Shown: positions 30,308 through 44,730, counted from the first letter of the whole stretch. The stretch is DNA of 63,583 nt, filler included, from Bigelowiella natans CCMP2755 (GCA_000320545.1; 4 parts of 4 records of this genome joined end to end with filler, not necessarily neighbours in it), one strand, 5' to 3'. The notes: a model not told the origin generated them from the letters alone. Translations and numbers: made by a program.

Positions 30308-32400
30308 GTCATTATTACTACTACAACAAATCACCGCCATCGTCGGTTCTACACCATACTCTTAACGTACATTCCTCCTGGCCAGCTGCTCTGTGCTGTA
30401 TTGCTGCATCTGTCTCGTACCTGGGGAGGGAGGGAGAAAGAGGGGGGAGAGGGGGGGGTACAAGGGGGAAGGGGTATTGGGAATGCCTTCAGATTATTTC
30501 CTTGACGTACAAATATTTTCGATACATGTAAGGAAGACACGTGTGAGCATGCGCGCGCTGAGGGAGGGAGCGCAATGTCGCAATAGTATAATCATGCTCT
30601 CCCCTCTCTGCTGCCTCCACATCACAATCATCGTTCGTGCAGCAACTGACATTCTTGCCAGCACGTCCAACCCAGAGTCTATCGGGCCTATCATAAATAA
30701 ATAATATGACATTACATGAATATGAAAAATATGTGTCAAGCTCCGCACATTTGTCCTCGCATGCATAGTTGTTGTTGCGATGGTACTGATGAGATGGTTG
30801 CCTGCCACACGGCTAGACCACAAACCATCGGTGATTTTGCTGCATCTAGCCTCTCCCCTGTTACACCTCGTTTCATATATTGCCTCATCGCACACGATAT
30901 TGTGGTAATATCATCATCATCGTCGTCGTCGTTATTGTTGGGTGAACTACTTAAGGTAGCTGCCTTCTCCTTCTCCTCCCCCATGATGGCTTGAAAGCTG
31001 CTGACGTTATCAGACCGTCGCTTGATATTCCCAACCCCCGCTTCCTTTACACCCCACGCGTTGGTCGTAGCCGCTTTTGTGGTCCTGCGCTCGCCTCTTC
31101 TTCTGGCCCCTCCTCTACCCTGCCCCAGGCCACGTTTCCGATTTGTGTTCTCACTACCCAAAAAAAAGCAGTGGCCGTATCACATCTTCATTGTTGCATT
31201 CACCACATCATGCCCCGTTGGGAGCTCATAATATACGGGGGTTATTCTGGTTCGTTATGATGCGTTGGAAGGTGTTGAGGGGGGGAAATAGCAGTGGTGG
31301 TATTACAAATTCGAAGATACTGGAACGGCTGTAGGTTCCGGGAATCCAGGGGGGGGGGCGGAGGAACGCTCCTGTTAATTTGGTGTAGTCAAACATATTC
31401 GTCATCCTCAACAGCAGCAGGTCTCCATTTATCTTCCTAATCGACATCCGACAAATTCTACGAACCCACCGACCACATCATTCCTGTTCTCGGATTGCGC
31501 TCCCCCAAATCGCACGAATGAGTCTGAGTTGGAAATTATTCGCATGGAAGAGTCAGACCGTGTAACTGGCAAGAATATTCACTCACGAAGGGCACTGGCG
31601 TTCTCTCTAATGGTTCGTTCTTCCCCACCATCGCTATCATCGCTTCCAATCTGCTCTTTTGCGTCGCTCTGGGGAGAAGATATGATGAACAAGTGAGAGG
31701 GTTATCATTGAGGACGTAGCTGCGAAATAATCCCCGAGAATATTACCCTCGCAGGAGCTGCATTGAAATCGTAGATGTTCATCTTTTTCATCTTGCCTGG
31801 TGAGGGGTGAGAGTTTCCATTCATTTTTAGTGGGGTCATGTGATACATCATTGCACGCCGTTGAGTCTTCGGCTCACCTTTCTTTTTCGACTTCCTGCCC
31901 CCACCTCGCGAAGAGCGCTGATGCCCACACATTACGCATTCTCTGTCCTCGACGTCGTTCAGATATGTACCTGGATTGTTGGGGGGTGGGTGTGCCGTCA
32001 GGATATCAAGACGTTCCAACATATTTTCGAGCCACAACGAAAGCAAGTATACACGCGCTGCGCTTGTTTCGGAATCGTCGCGGCACAAGGGCAGTGACGA
32101 ACACTAAAGAGCGACGTGTATGTCGGCAGTTTCGCCTTTCCTAGTAGGTGGATGAGGTTTGTACATTTGGGGCAAGCCCATTCGTCTTGTTGCCCTGAGT
32201 GCATAGGGAAATGCTCCGGAAGGGCTACTGCTCCCCGGCCGGGGGTAGGAGGCGTACTCGTACAACGCTGGAGAAGTATGCTCGGACGGTTGGTGTACTT
32301 TATATCAATCAAACATCTAAAATAATATTGCGGAATGTCCCTGTCCTATGAAAACCTGTTTTGGCGAGATGTTTCTGGGAGAGCTCCAACTTATCTTGCG
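26850..32400 (-). CDS. Upstream minus-strand exons with two RanBP2-type zinc fingers and RGG/RG-rich segments; probably the N-terminal part of the TOP3 gene, possibly a separate gene
   Basis: An intron at 32164-31971 joins EWACPK|CTYLNDVEDRECVMCG. A second finger reads (W)ACKACTLRNPPGYLFCSACGTPK at about 30250-30185. There is a GRGRGRGRG-rich block at about 29130-29000, and KGLDTDVAKRL|VKGALGRGH at about 29850-29520. Confidence 0.6.
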
Positions 32401-32952
32401 AGTAGTTCGGCGGTCGAAACTGGACAAACCACACAAACAGAAGGGAGCGGCAGGATGGGGATTCCGTATAAAATTCATCGGACGAACATCGATCCTAGCC
32501 CTTTCTAGCTGATGATTCGTCGCAGAAAGCATTCGAAGGCGGAATGAAGTGGCTCTCTGCCCTTGCGACAACTAGGTTGGGGATTTGGAGGAGCCGACAC
32601 ACGAGAGGCCGTTGTGGAAAAGAAGGGGTCCGTGGAAAGAGAACAATTTTTCGGCTCATCAAACGTTTTCTCGTTTATGCGATTTGTTGGAAAACAAAAT
32701 ATCTAGGATCGCCGTTGTCCCGGCATTTAAGTTGCATGAGGTATCGATGCAGGGGGAAAAGTGAATATTTGAAGCCCACTCTGTGGAATCCTACCCAAAT
32801 GACGATGCAGTTCTTGCAGAGTGCCCCACAACGTCTCTCTTTGCTGGGAAAAATTGTGGAATCTACACTGAAGACTGGAATTGAAGTTTTTCGGCCTTAT
32901 TTTGTGTCTGTCGTAGCTTGTATTTGTACGTAACACATTCTTAAAAATCAAA

Positions 32953-35518
32953 ATGCTGTCGTGTGCGCGACGCTTGTCCTCCCGCCCTTCCTCTGCTGTT
33001 CGGCTCCCCGTCAGCCTTTCCAGGTCCAGAGCGTCCTTCTCCACAGATGCGAAGATCATGTATACACTTACTGACGAGGCACCAGCATTAGCAACTTATG
33101 CACTGCTCCCGGTCATCCGACGCTTTGCAAAGCCTGCTGGTGTTGATGTGGACCTCACGGACATCTCGCTGGCCGGCAGGATCATTTCCCAGTTCCCAGA
33201 TCGACTTTCAGACGAACAGAAGGTAAATGCTACACTATCTTTTTCGATTTGTAGACTTCCAGCTTTCGCTGATGTACTGATAGAAGAGCAGTGAATGTGG
33301 TGGTGGTGGTAGACACTTGCAAGTCGCACCTTAAAAGAATGTGGAATGATATTTCTTCCTGCCTACTCTAGATCGATGACAATCTCTCAATGCTTGGAGA
33401 ACTCGCTAAGACCCCTCAAGCGAACATTATCAAGCTGCCTAATATCTCTGCATCCGTGCCGCAGTTGCTCGCCGCAATCGCGGAGTTGCAGGGAAAGGGC
33501 TACAACATCCCGAACTACATCCCTGACCCCACCAATGCCGAAGAAAAGGACGCGCATGCGAGGTACGCCAAGGTTCTTGGGAGTGCTGTGAACCCCGTCC
33601 TTCGTGAAGGCAATTCCGACCGTCGTGTGGCACGTCCAGTCAAGGAATACGCGCAGGCGAATCCTCACCGACTCAAGCCGTGGAGCAACGAATGCAAGAC
33701 GCATGTGTCCCACATGAGTGACGGCGACTACTATTCCAGTGAGCAGTCGGCCACTGTCCCAGAAGCTTGCTCCGTTCGTATTGAACACGTTAACAAGGAC
33801 GGGAAGGTCACGGTCCTCAAGCAAGAAGTAGCGCTCCAGGCGAGGGAAGTGATCGATTCGTCAAGAATGAGCGTTCGACACCTGCGGGCATTTTTAGAGG
33901 AGGAAATCCAGGCTGCTAAGGACCAGGGTATTATGCTCTCCCTCCATATGAAGGCAACCATGATGAAAGTCTCCGACCCTATCGTATTTGGCCACGCTGT
34001 GAAAGCGTACTACAGCTCGGCATTTGAGAAGCACGGGGAGACCTTCGAGAAGCTAGGCGTGAACCCTAACAATGGTATCGGCGATGTCTACGACAAGATC
34101 CAGGGGCTAGACGCTGGTTTGAAGGCTGAAATTGAAGCTGATCTTCAGGCGTGCTACGAGACGCGCCCCGGGCTCGCTATGGTCGATTCCGACCGTGGAA
34201 TCACGAACCTGCACGTTCCCAGTGATGTAATCATTGACGCCTCGATGCCAGTTGTCGTGCGTGACGGGGGAAAGATGTGGAACAAGGACAACGCTCTAGA
34301 GGACACCAAGTGCCTCATCCCAGACCGGTGCTATGCGACAATGTACCAAGCTGTGTTAGACTTCTGTCGGGAGAATGGCCAATTCGATGTGAGCACGATG
34401 GGCAACATTCCAAACGTAGGCTTGATGGCGCAGAAGGCAGAGGAGTACGGATCTCACGACAAGACCTTCGAGATCCCTGAGGTTAGTGCAAAAGATGAAC
34501 CAAACACAAACTAACCGACAGCATGACGGTGAGAAGATGATGATTTTGATGATTGATTTCGTTCTTTGACTTTCTCTCTTTTGCCTGTGATAATACACTC
34601 CTCTTTCAGGATGGAACTGTTCGAGTGGTACTGTCTGATTCTGGAGAAGAGATTTTTTCCCACAACGTAGAGACAGGCGACATCTGGCGCATGTGCCAGA
34701 CCAAAGACGCACCGATCAAGGACTGGGTGCGTTTGGCCGTGAGCAGGGCTCGTGCAACGGGCTCCCCAGCTGTCTTCTGGCTCGATGAGAACAGGGCGCA
34801 TGACAAGTCCCTGATTGCTAAGGTCAACGAGTACTTACCTGAGTTTGACACAAACGGGCTTGAGATTTCGATCAAGAAGCCGGTGGATGCTGTCAACTAC
34901 TCTATGGAGCGCGCAGTGGAGGGAAAAGACACCATCTCTGTCACTGGTAACGTGCTCCGGGACTACCTCACGGATCTCTTCCCCATTCTCGAACTGGGAA
35001 CGTCCGCAAAGATGCTCTCCATCGTCCCTCTTCTAGCTGGCGGCGGTCTGTTTGAGACTGGAGCAGGAGGTTCTGCCCCCAAGCATGTTCAGCAGTTTGT
35101 GAAAGAAAACCACCTCCGTTGGGACTCTCTCGGCGAGTACCTCGCTCTGGCTGTCTCTTTCGAAGACTTTGGAGAGAAGGGCAACGAAGGGGCAAAGGTA
35201 CTTGGCCAAACGCTCAATGATGCCACGGGGAAGCTCCTCTCCGATCGCAAGTCACCCTCAAGGAAGGTTAATGAGCTCGACAACCGCGGAAGCACATTCT
35301 ACATTGCTCTATACTGGGCCCAGGAAATGGCTAAGTACGACTCCTCCTTCAAGGCGCTCGCCGACAGCCTTCAAGAGGCAGAATCACAAATTATGGCTGA
35401 CATGATAGACTGCCAGGGCGTTTCCGTTGACATTGGGGGCTACTACTTCCCAGAACCTGAGAAGGTTGAGGCTGCTATGCGTCCGAGTGCCGATTTCAAC
35501 AATTTAATTGACGGCTGA
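32953..35518 (+). CDS. idh: Monomeric NADP-dependent isocitrate dehydrogenase (bacterial monomeric type) with a mitochondrial-like presequence; exons 32953-33222, 33372-34481, 34610-35518
   Basis: Family motifs [123 protein letters not shown] and HLRWDSLGE. Both introns are GT-AG and in frame. The N-terminus is R/S-rich and lacks acidic residues. Confidence 0.96.
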
Positions 35519-35639
35519 ATCACTGAAGGACTTTCCATCCGTCGTTCATCTGGTCATGGCCCTACGCGCAAAATGCATATTAGGAATTGAAGACCAAGAG
35601 CACCCACGTGCAAAGGACATGAATACGTCCACGTCCATG

Positions 35640-36480
35640 CACGTTGATGTCGTCGCTGATGTGATGACAACAGTACAAAAGGACTGTTTCATGTCGCATG
35701 CCTAGATATGGATTGCTGTTCGCGCTGTCCTGATTGTGCACATGAGTCATTTGTGTGCAAAGTGTGCTCGCTGCGCACTGTGCACGCAGTTGTCTAGCTA
35801 GCTAGTTGTGCGTCGTGTCGATCACGGTGCACATGCAGACAGCGTAGGTGATGACTCATCACATACAATCAGCAGCTCTAGAGCTGCTGAGGCGTCCACA
35901 GCTAGACAGCCATCAGCCATTACGATGCTGTGCACAACTAAACAACCGTGCGACTGACTGCTGGATACGATGCATGTCCACACAGCTAGATGGCGCTTGC
36001 ACGCTAGCGCTAGAACTAGCGCCAGCCACAATTGTTTTCTCACGACATCTGCTACATGACGCAGTGCACGCACATGGTTCGCATGCACTCCATTGCACAA
36101 GCTAGCAAGGTAGAACGCGCATAGCGCCCAGTCTTGTCTGTCACGCCATGCCAGCATGAGGCCAGCCACTCGGACGGATGTGACCTTGCTAGCTAGCTAG
36201 CTTGCCAACCTCCTGGCTAGCTGAGCCCCGCACTAGCGCAGCGAAGGACAACTCTACCCACACCGACAAGCATCAGTTCCGTTACGTGCGTACAAATGAA
36301 CCCAAGCACGGTATTGCACTGCAATGCACAACATGAACCAAGTTTGTGTGCCCCGCCAGAGGCACAAGCTAGCAATGCAAGTCCAACGAAAGAAAGGTTC
36401 GGGCATCCATGTCATTGCGCAGTGCTAGAGAGGTCAGAAACATACAATCTCATCACACCACACTCAGTACAGTTCATGAT
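35640..36480. repeat. TpA-depleted, CTAG-rich palindromic island (probable hypermutated repeat)
   Basis: Most residual TpA is in CTAG, including (CTAG)3 runs at about 35794 and 36189. A perfect 22-bp palindrome lies at 35869-35890. There is no credible ORF. Confidence 0.55.
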
Positions 36481-37454
36481 CATTCATCTGATTGCAGAGG
36501 AAGGAGGAGTGGCCATGGAGATGGGGGAGCCTGAAAGTGCTCAATCTGCCTCGCACGTTCGATCGCCAAACACAAGACCATCTTGAGGAAAAACATAAGA
36601 AGCTGCTGATGAAGAAAGTATGAGACACGTATCAAAAAGTTGAAGATTTTCATCGTCGTCAAATGAAAACAGCCTAAATCCAGGTTAACTTTGAATTTCT
36701 TTTTAAATGTGTTCTGGCTTAACATACTCGATAGGATGTCAAACCAATCACGATCCCCTTACATCGCCGCGAATCGCCCCAATTTTTCTTTCCCGCGTAA
36801 ATAAAGTTGCATTGTTCATATCTCCGTAATTCTCCGTGACAGATGAGGCCTGGATTGGAACAAAATTCGTACAGGGATTGACCATGGAGGGCGGCAGCTC
36901 GAAATCACGCGGGAAATCTTTCCCTGCAATCCTGGAACTTTCTACCAAGGTGTGACACTCGTGGTCTTTCGCTAGCCCGGAAATTCTTCCATAAATTTAG
37001 TCAATTTCTGTCAGATATCTACCCGTGAATGGTTTCGAATGCGTTCTTGATCGTGTTTCTCGATACGTTCTCAAGTGAGAGTTTCCCGCCAGATGAAGAC
37101 AGCCTTCAAAGGGCGAAACATCTAGTAAGTCCTTTTAAACCTAGAAGTCACACTTCGGAGAGTTACAAGCGTTGTAGGCTCCTGCCCCCTCCCACCTCGG
37201 ACATTTTTACAGGTAATAACCTCACACGCGGGTGTGTGTTTCCTCTCCCTGGATCCGCATGATGAGCTAATCCGAATAATAGTAAGAGAATAATAGACGA
37301 ACCCTCTGAGCACCCAAATTTGTTGTGTTCGGTTCGTGTGTTGTTTGGTAGCTTTCTAGTTCTCGCAAGGGATAGAGGACAAACGTGAGCGCTCTGGAGT
37401 GCCCTTTGGTTGCAAACCGCGTCAAAAAGGATGAGCAACGATAATGTGAGACCC

Positions 37455-38058
37455 ATGGATCAGCCGAAGAACCCAAACCAGCTCGAGCGGGTCAACTCTA
37501 CATAATGCTGCAGGCGTTAATGCATCTCATACTGATGCGTCGCCTTCTTAATCGAATCTAGGTTCTCCTGGCGATGCTGAATCCCCAGAACAATATTCGC
37601 CGCGCAGCTGAGAAGTGCCTGGAAACGTTCTTCGAAAATGCCGCGTGCGTCCCTGCAATGATGCAGCAAATCATGTCCGGGCCAGATGCTCGAGCTCGAC
37701 AGGTACACGTTCACATCTTGAGGAGGGGGGACCGTCCTCCATTTAGACATATTCAGCGATGCGTGGCGCTTGTGAGTAATTGTCCTTTGAAATATAAAGA
37801 TGGCAGCCGTGTTGCTCCGAAAGCGACTGTCCGTTGGGCTGTGGAGGAGTAGCGAAAAACATTGGAACGCAACTACGGTAAGTCGACAGCGAGAAGTTGA
37901 CTCGTCATATGCATTCATGGCCTTCTACAGTTTGATACACAATGCTGAACCTTCCAACCAGAATGGATTGATGCGCCGCTTGGTGGAGGAGAGCGTTTGG
38001 CCCGTTAGAAAAGCAGTGGCAGCTCTGGCATGCCGAGTGGCCAAACTTACGGTAACAG

Positions 38059-38100
<42 letters not shown>

Positions 38101-38845
38101 GGGGGTCAGCTAGATTACGCTGTGTTTTTGTTTGTAGCAAAGAACGATTTCAATAGTTGTTATCCCTTTTCCTTTGTCCCTCTCCTCCTCCTCCTCCTCC
38201 TCCTCCTCCTCCTCCTCGATGACATTAAATTTTCAGATCCCTGACGGCAAGTGGCCTCAGCTCCTCGGGTTCCTTGTACAATTATCCACAAAACCAAAGG
38301 TGAGGGGACGAGATAATATCGTGAATGGAGTGCAACATTAGTCTTTTATCAACACTCACGTTTGTATTCTTCATCTTCTCGTTACTCAACTCACGTGTCC
38401 GAAAACATCCTCCTTTGAATCACCATCCAGGAAGAACTTCGTACCGTATCAATGCTGCTATTTCGCGCGATGGGGGAAAACCTAGGGCAGCACATGGTAT
38501 CCCTCTTGGAATTATATTTCACATGCATGCACGAAGCACACCTCCTCTCCCCCTCATTCCATATCACCCGCATTGCACACAACACAAATACACACACTCA
38601 CAGAGATCTATCTTGCACTCCGTTGTCACTCCCTCCTGTCTTATTCTCCTCCTTTTACTACTACTAGTACTACTGTTACTTACTACCACCTCAACTACTA
38701 CTAATAAAAGTACTATTTCTACTTCTTTTCCCAGGTGAAACACTTAGAGAAATACGCAAAAGTGTGCGTTCAAGGCCTCAGGGTAGCAAAGAGATTCTTG
38801 CTATGTTTTCGTGATACGACATTGACATCATACACACGCGAATAA

Positions 38846-38881
<36 letters not shown>

Positions 38882-39349
38882 ATAATGGGGTTGTTCAGGA
38901 CCCCGCTGTCCGTGTGAGAGTCGAAGCTTTCAGGGCAATGGAGGTAACACGTAGATTAGAGGAAGCTGAAGAAGCAGAAGCATCCACTCATCATCATCTG
39001 AGAAGTACAAGCGTCCACTCGCCCAGTACTACTAATACTACTACTACTACTACTAGTAGTAGTAGTAGTAGTACCCGGGCCGAGAAACATTGTAATAATC
39101 ATCGTCCTCCTCCAATTCGTCAGGGCGTCGTGGGGTACTTGGAAACGAAGGAGCACGTAGAGATGTACGGGAACCTTATCCCCCTGGCAGGTAGTGGATG
39201 CTGTGATCATTATGCTTATTGTGGGGGCGGGCGGTACGATGACAGAAAGCGGTGTTGTGGTAGCGATGAGGGATGACTACCTACATAAGTGAAGTCTACC
39301 CATCGGAGATTTCGGATATACGTCACACAGTAATGATTGAGTGCGCGTA

Positions 39350-39387
<38 letters not shown>

Positions 39388-40274
39388 CGGAGAAGATGTA
39401 AAGATGCACATAGGAATGACACCTTTTTTTCCCTATGTGATTTATGGCCGATCGTGATCCGCATCCGCAGTAAAATCCGCCCAGGAAATACTGAAAAAAG
39501 GTAACATTAGCACTGGTGGTATTATTCGTAGTGGCAGGTTGGGGGGGGGTTGGGAGGGGGTTCTGGAAAAAAACCCAACAACTTAAGCGCTAATTCTCCA
39601 TTGTCCACGTTGTTCTTGTGTGCTCGCGAAGATGCGGATGATGCTGCCCCAGCGCTGGAACTGTTCAACACTCTCGCAGAGAGTCCTGTTCCGGTAGGAA
39701 GTTACCCCCCCCCCCCCCCCCCCACCCCCACACCTCCCACAATCAGCATCAGCATCACAATTAGACTGCGAGATGTTATTCGCATCGTGTTGGATGCATT
39801 TTTTTGAATCTTTTGTTTTTTTTGTGGATTCTTTGTTTGTGTGTACTTCAATCACGGCGAAGGTCCTGGAGAAATATCTGATTCCCCTTACGAAGTTTAT
39901 GATGGAGGTTTCGGTAAGAGATAATCACCAGCGTGTGTATGTGTGTATGTGTATATATATGTGTGTGTGTGTGTGTGTCACGATGATAATGATGATGATG
40001 ATGATGATGATCTGATTTCGCCCAAAACAACATCTCCTCTCTCCCCATCCTCCTCCTTCAAGGTAAAATGCGAAAACATGTCTCTTTCGGACACGGCAAT
40101 GCGGTTCGTGCAGTCTGTCGTCGACATGAAGCCGCACAGACTCGTTCGGGCCAACATGGTAGCAGCAACAGCAGCAGCATCAGCATCAGCATAAAGATTT
40201 GTTTTCCTGCTGCTACTACTACTACTACTACTACTACTACAAACTACAACACGCGTGCGCACAAACACCACACA

Positions 40275-40326
<52 letters not shown>

Positions 40327-41390
40327 AAGATTTGCACACGTAGTCACGCATTTCCATTGCCACTATCCATTGCTTCTAGATCCCGGATGTGTTGCGCGCT
40401 GCATTCTACTTCGTCAGCAAACCGGACGACAACCCCTTCGGTAGCGTAAGAGCATACACACACACACACGCACGCACAAACTTAAGGAATCAGTTGCCAC
40501 GTATGCTGTGTGTAGCTTTCTATCTGTTTCGCCCTCCTCACTTACAGACACATAGAGGGAAAGAGAGAGGGAGAGAGAGAGAGAGAGAGAGGGAAGGTAG
40601 AGAGAGATTGAGTATGTTTCGTGCTCTGTTTCTCTTACCCCCTCCTTTCGTACCCTTTCCGTCTCCTTCTCGCTACTCTTTGTTGTGACCCACCCACGTT
40701 ACGTTCAGATCCGGACGAGGTCACCGCACAGCGCATCGGGGTATGCGATGACCAGCACTGGCACAATCATAAGTGCATGCATGATCTATAGCGGGGATAT
40801 GCTCGATTGCTTGTGTGTGTTTGCGTGTTTGCGTGTGTGTGTGTGCGCGTGTGTCTGTGTGTCCATCAATATTCTATATACACATTACACAATGCCACTT
40901 GGTTTCTCGAGTTGAAAAAAAATGGACGCGTTTTGTCCATCACTTCACGAGTAGGTTTGCATGATAAGCGCACTGGTGGAGTCAGTGCCGTACAAACACG
41001 TTCTGAACCCTTGCCTCCAGACGTCAGTCAAACTCATCAAGGTAGTATTGCCAGCTGTACTACTAGCAGTGGGAGCAGGAGGAGGAAGAAGAGAGAGGGG
41101 GGAGGGGGGGGAGGAGTATAGGTAAAGAAGATACCAATATCTGATCGTCATCCATCTATTTCTTTCTCTTTCACACCACGGCAGAGCGACAACCCGCACC
41201 ACAAGAGAGGCGGAATGGCTATCATCGCCGCGATCGCAGAGGTAGTAGTTATAGACGACTGGCGGCGGCGGTCGTTGATAAATACTGCTACAAACAACGA
41301 AAGGCTGCTCTCTGACAGCAGCAACGATTACAAAAAGAAGATATACCAGTGTGTAGTACCTCTCTTCTTCTTCTTCTTCTTCTACTTCTT

Positions 41391-41435
<45 letters not shown>

Positions 41436-41460
41436 TTACAGCTACCACTATTATTACGCG

Positions 41461-41491
<31 letters not shown>

Positions 41492-42143
41492 ATAGAGTAA
41501 CTCACATTCGTTGGTCGGTTGGTTTGTTTGACAGGGGTTCTCACTGCTGCTGCGTGAGGCATTACCGGATCTCCTCGACGCCACACTCAGCCTCATCCAG
41601 AACAAAAGCGCGATGGTGCGAGTCGCAGCGTGCGTGTGCCTGCTGCAGCTGTGCGACCACATACAGCCGGACATCTGCAACCACCACGAGGTGTGCTATG
41701 AATTACCTTCCTACTTGGAGTAACTACTCTTTTGATGCTGCTGCTGCTGCTGCTGCTGTTCACTCGATATGCTCTGTGCCAGTAGTTTTAGCAAACAGTG
41801 GATTTTCTCTCCCCTCCCCCCCCTCCTTCCCCCCCACCTCCTCCTCCTCCTCCTCCTCCCTTTTGGCTTGGAAGAGGTCGTGCATGCGGCGACAGTGACC
41901 AACACACACTACAACAAACACCTACTACCATCTTCTTCTTCTTTTTCTTCTTCTTCTTCTTCTTCTTCTTTTCACAGAGGCTGGTAAAGGCGATGGTGAC
42001 AACGCTTGACAGACCAGGAGAGCACCCCATGGTGAGAAGAGGATGACGACGACGACGACGATGACAAGAGGAGGGGACTTCCGAGGGGGGGGGTGGTCAC
42101 AATACCTTACTGACATCGCATTTATCATCATACTTCATCATTC

Positions 42144-42177
<34 letters not shown>

Positions 42178-42483
42178 TTGGCTTAGTAGCAGCAGCAGCA
42201 TTTGCAGAATCCATGGCATTGATGAAACATTTCACAGGTTCGTGTGAAGATGGCCACGGCGATGTGCGCGTTCCTTGAAGGCCTTGACCCGGTGGAGATA
42301 GAGAAAGAGAGTGGATAATGCAACGACTGATGATGATGATGATGATGGTGGTGATCGTGATGATGAAAACGGTGACATGGTGGAATTAATGATATCAGGA
42401 GACAATGGCTATCTATATCAAGCCTCTCATGAAAAAATTCGGACAGCTGGTAAAAAGGAAATGAAGATGATGATGATGATATG

Positions 42484-42515
<32 letters not shown>

Positions 42516-43675
42516 AGTGTGTATGCGACGGAAGAAGAAGAAGAAGAGGAGGAGGAGGAGAAAAGCATTGAACTAGCAGCATCCCAATGACAATGATATT
42601 ACAGATCATTCTCACCCTCCTCCTCCTCCTTCCCACAACCGGAACAACACGCAGGTCACCGGCAACGAGTCTGAAGATATGAAGGAAATGGCCATTGGTG
42701 GCATCATGGTAGTTTGTTGTAACTATTGTTGACGTTGTCCATCAAAGTGATCGATATTTCACCGTTGGCGAATGGTGGTGGTGGTTGAGGGGGGGGGGGG
42801 GGGGGGATGCTTCTCTTTTCTGACATGACGACAACAACATTGACAATGATGATGATAATCATTCTGTTCTTTACTTCTTCTTCCTCCTCCCTCCTCCTCC
42901 TCCTCTTCACCACGACAGTCTGTCGCGATTGCCAGCGAGGAAAAGTTCACGCCTTTCTTCAAGGATTCAGCCAACGCCCTCTTCCACTTCATGTCAGTAG
43001 TAGTAGCAGTAGCAGTAGTATTTGGGGGGGAGGACGAGGACGGAGGACACGAGAATCGTGCACAGAACAAAACAAACGCATACATGGTGGTGTGTGCGAA
43101 GCTTGTGTTCCGCAATGAAAGGAAGAGCACCGATGGCTTTTACCCCGCGTCATCGCCACGAACCAACGCCACACATGTCGCGGGACAAAAATCATCGCCT
43201 TTTCCCAGCACACTACTCTAGGACGTTTTCGGATGGGGGGAACTTGTTGGAGGGTGATGTGCTGCGATGAATGATCATGATGTTGGCCATCTCACCATCA
43301 ATCAGGTCGAAGAAGGCCGACGAGGACCTCAAGCTGAGGGCAAGAGCCACGGAGTGCATGGGATGTAAGTAACGACCTGTTAGTAGTAGTAGTAGTAGTA
43401 GTAGTAGTAGGAAGAAGAAGAAGAAGAAGAAGAAGAAGAAGAAATGATGAAATAAGTTATACAGTGGGGAGACAAAAGGCAGCCGATTAGGAGGTAGGAG
43501 GTGAAGAAGAAGTGGAAACGAAAAGGGATTAATGGTTGCTCGATATGGACAATCTACCAAAACAGAAAGGAGCCGAAAATCATAACAACAACAACAGCAA
43601 CAACAAACCTGCGGACGGACAAAATGGGATTTTTTTTTGCGATTTTAAGAGCTGTCATTTCCCTCAGTCCCCCCT

Positions 43676-43746
<71 letters not shown>

Positions 43747-44514
43747 TTGCAGGCGTTGCTGTGGCGGTCGGGAAGGACATCTTTAGACCATGTATTTTCA
43801 TACCATTTCCCTTCTTTTCACTTTGCTTCCTGTTGGTGTGTGTGTAGGTGGGTGGGGGAGGGGAGGGTTATTGAATCATGGAACTACGAAGAATCACAGA
43901 CCAAAAAAGATATGAACATTGAAATAAACCATGTACAAAATTGACGACGATGACTGATAGTTGCGGTGTTGTGTGATTGTGGGATGATGGCCGATATCTA
44001 CCTGAATGAAGGCCTGAATCAAGTCTTTGCACTTGCGGATGAAAACCTGACACTCGACTACTTCAGTCTTTCCGAGGTGATATTGATGATGATGATAATG
44101 ATGATGATGATGATGATGATGACGATGACGATGACCAGAATATCAACATTACATGACAACGAAACAAATGGGGGAATGGATGATATCTGCAATTCATAAA
44201 GATGAGAGTGCATGCGATTGTACATGACTCCCCCTCCTTCTCCTCCTACTCCTACTCCTAATACTACTACTACTAATACTACTACAAAGGCAACGTTTCG
44301 CCTGTACACTAGCCTTGCCCAATGTCTAGGAGAGGAATTTTGCAAAGTTCTCCCAAAGGTAGAGTGAGTCAGCACAGCACAGCACAGTACAGCACGATGT
44401 AGTGTGATGTGTGGATGCCCCCGCTTCCTTCTTTTGGAGTATATATTATTGTCGCAACAACAACAACTATAACCACCACCAGCCGTGCGGTAGCACAGGG
44501 ACATCAGTAATAAT

Positions 44515-44552
<38 letters not shown>

Positions 44553-44651
44553 GTGCTTTGGGATGATGATGATAGGTTCATCAGTACGCTGTGAAGTGCC
44601 TTGAGTCCATGGACGGGGTTAGTAGCACATTGCTGCCTCACACACGCACAC

Positions 44652-44730
<79 letters not shown>

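Noticed and set aside
36500-37456. Small minus-strand gene between IDH and importin, with a start overlapping the importin ATG (CATG at 37454-37457)
   Set aside because: Some exon-like blocks exist, but I could not build a phase-consistent model or find a motif. The overlapping ATG is simply the CATG palindrome.
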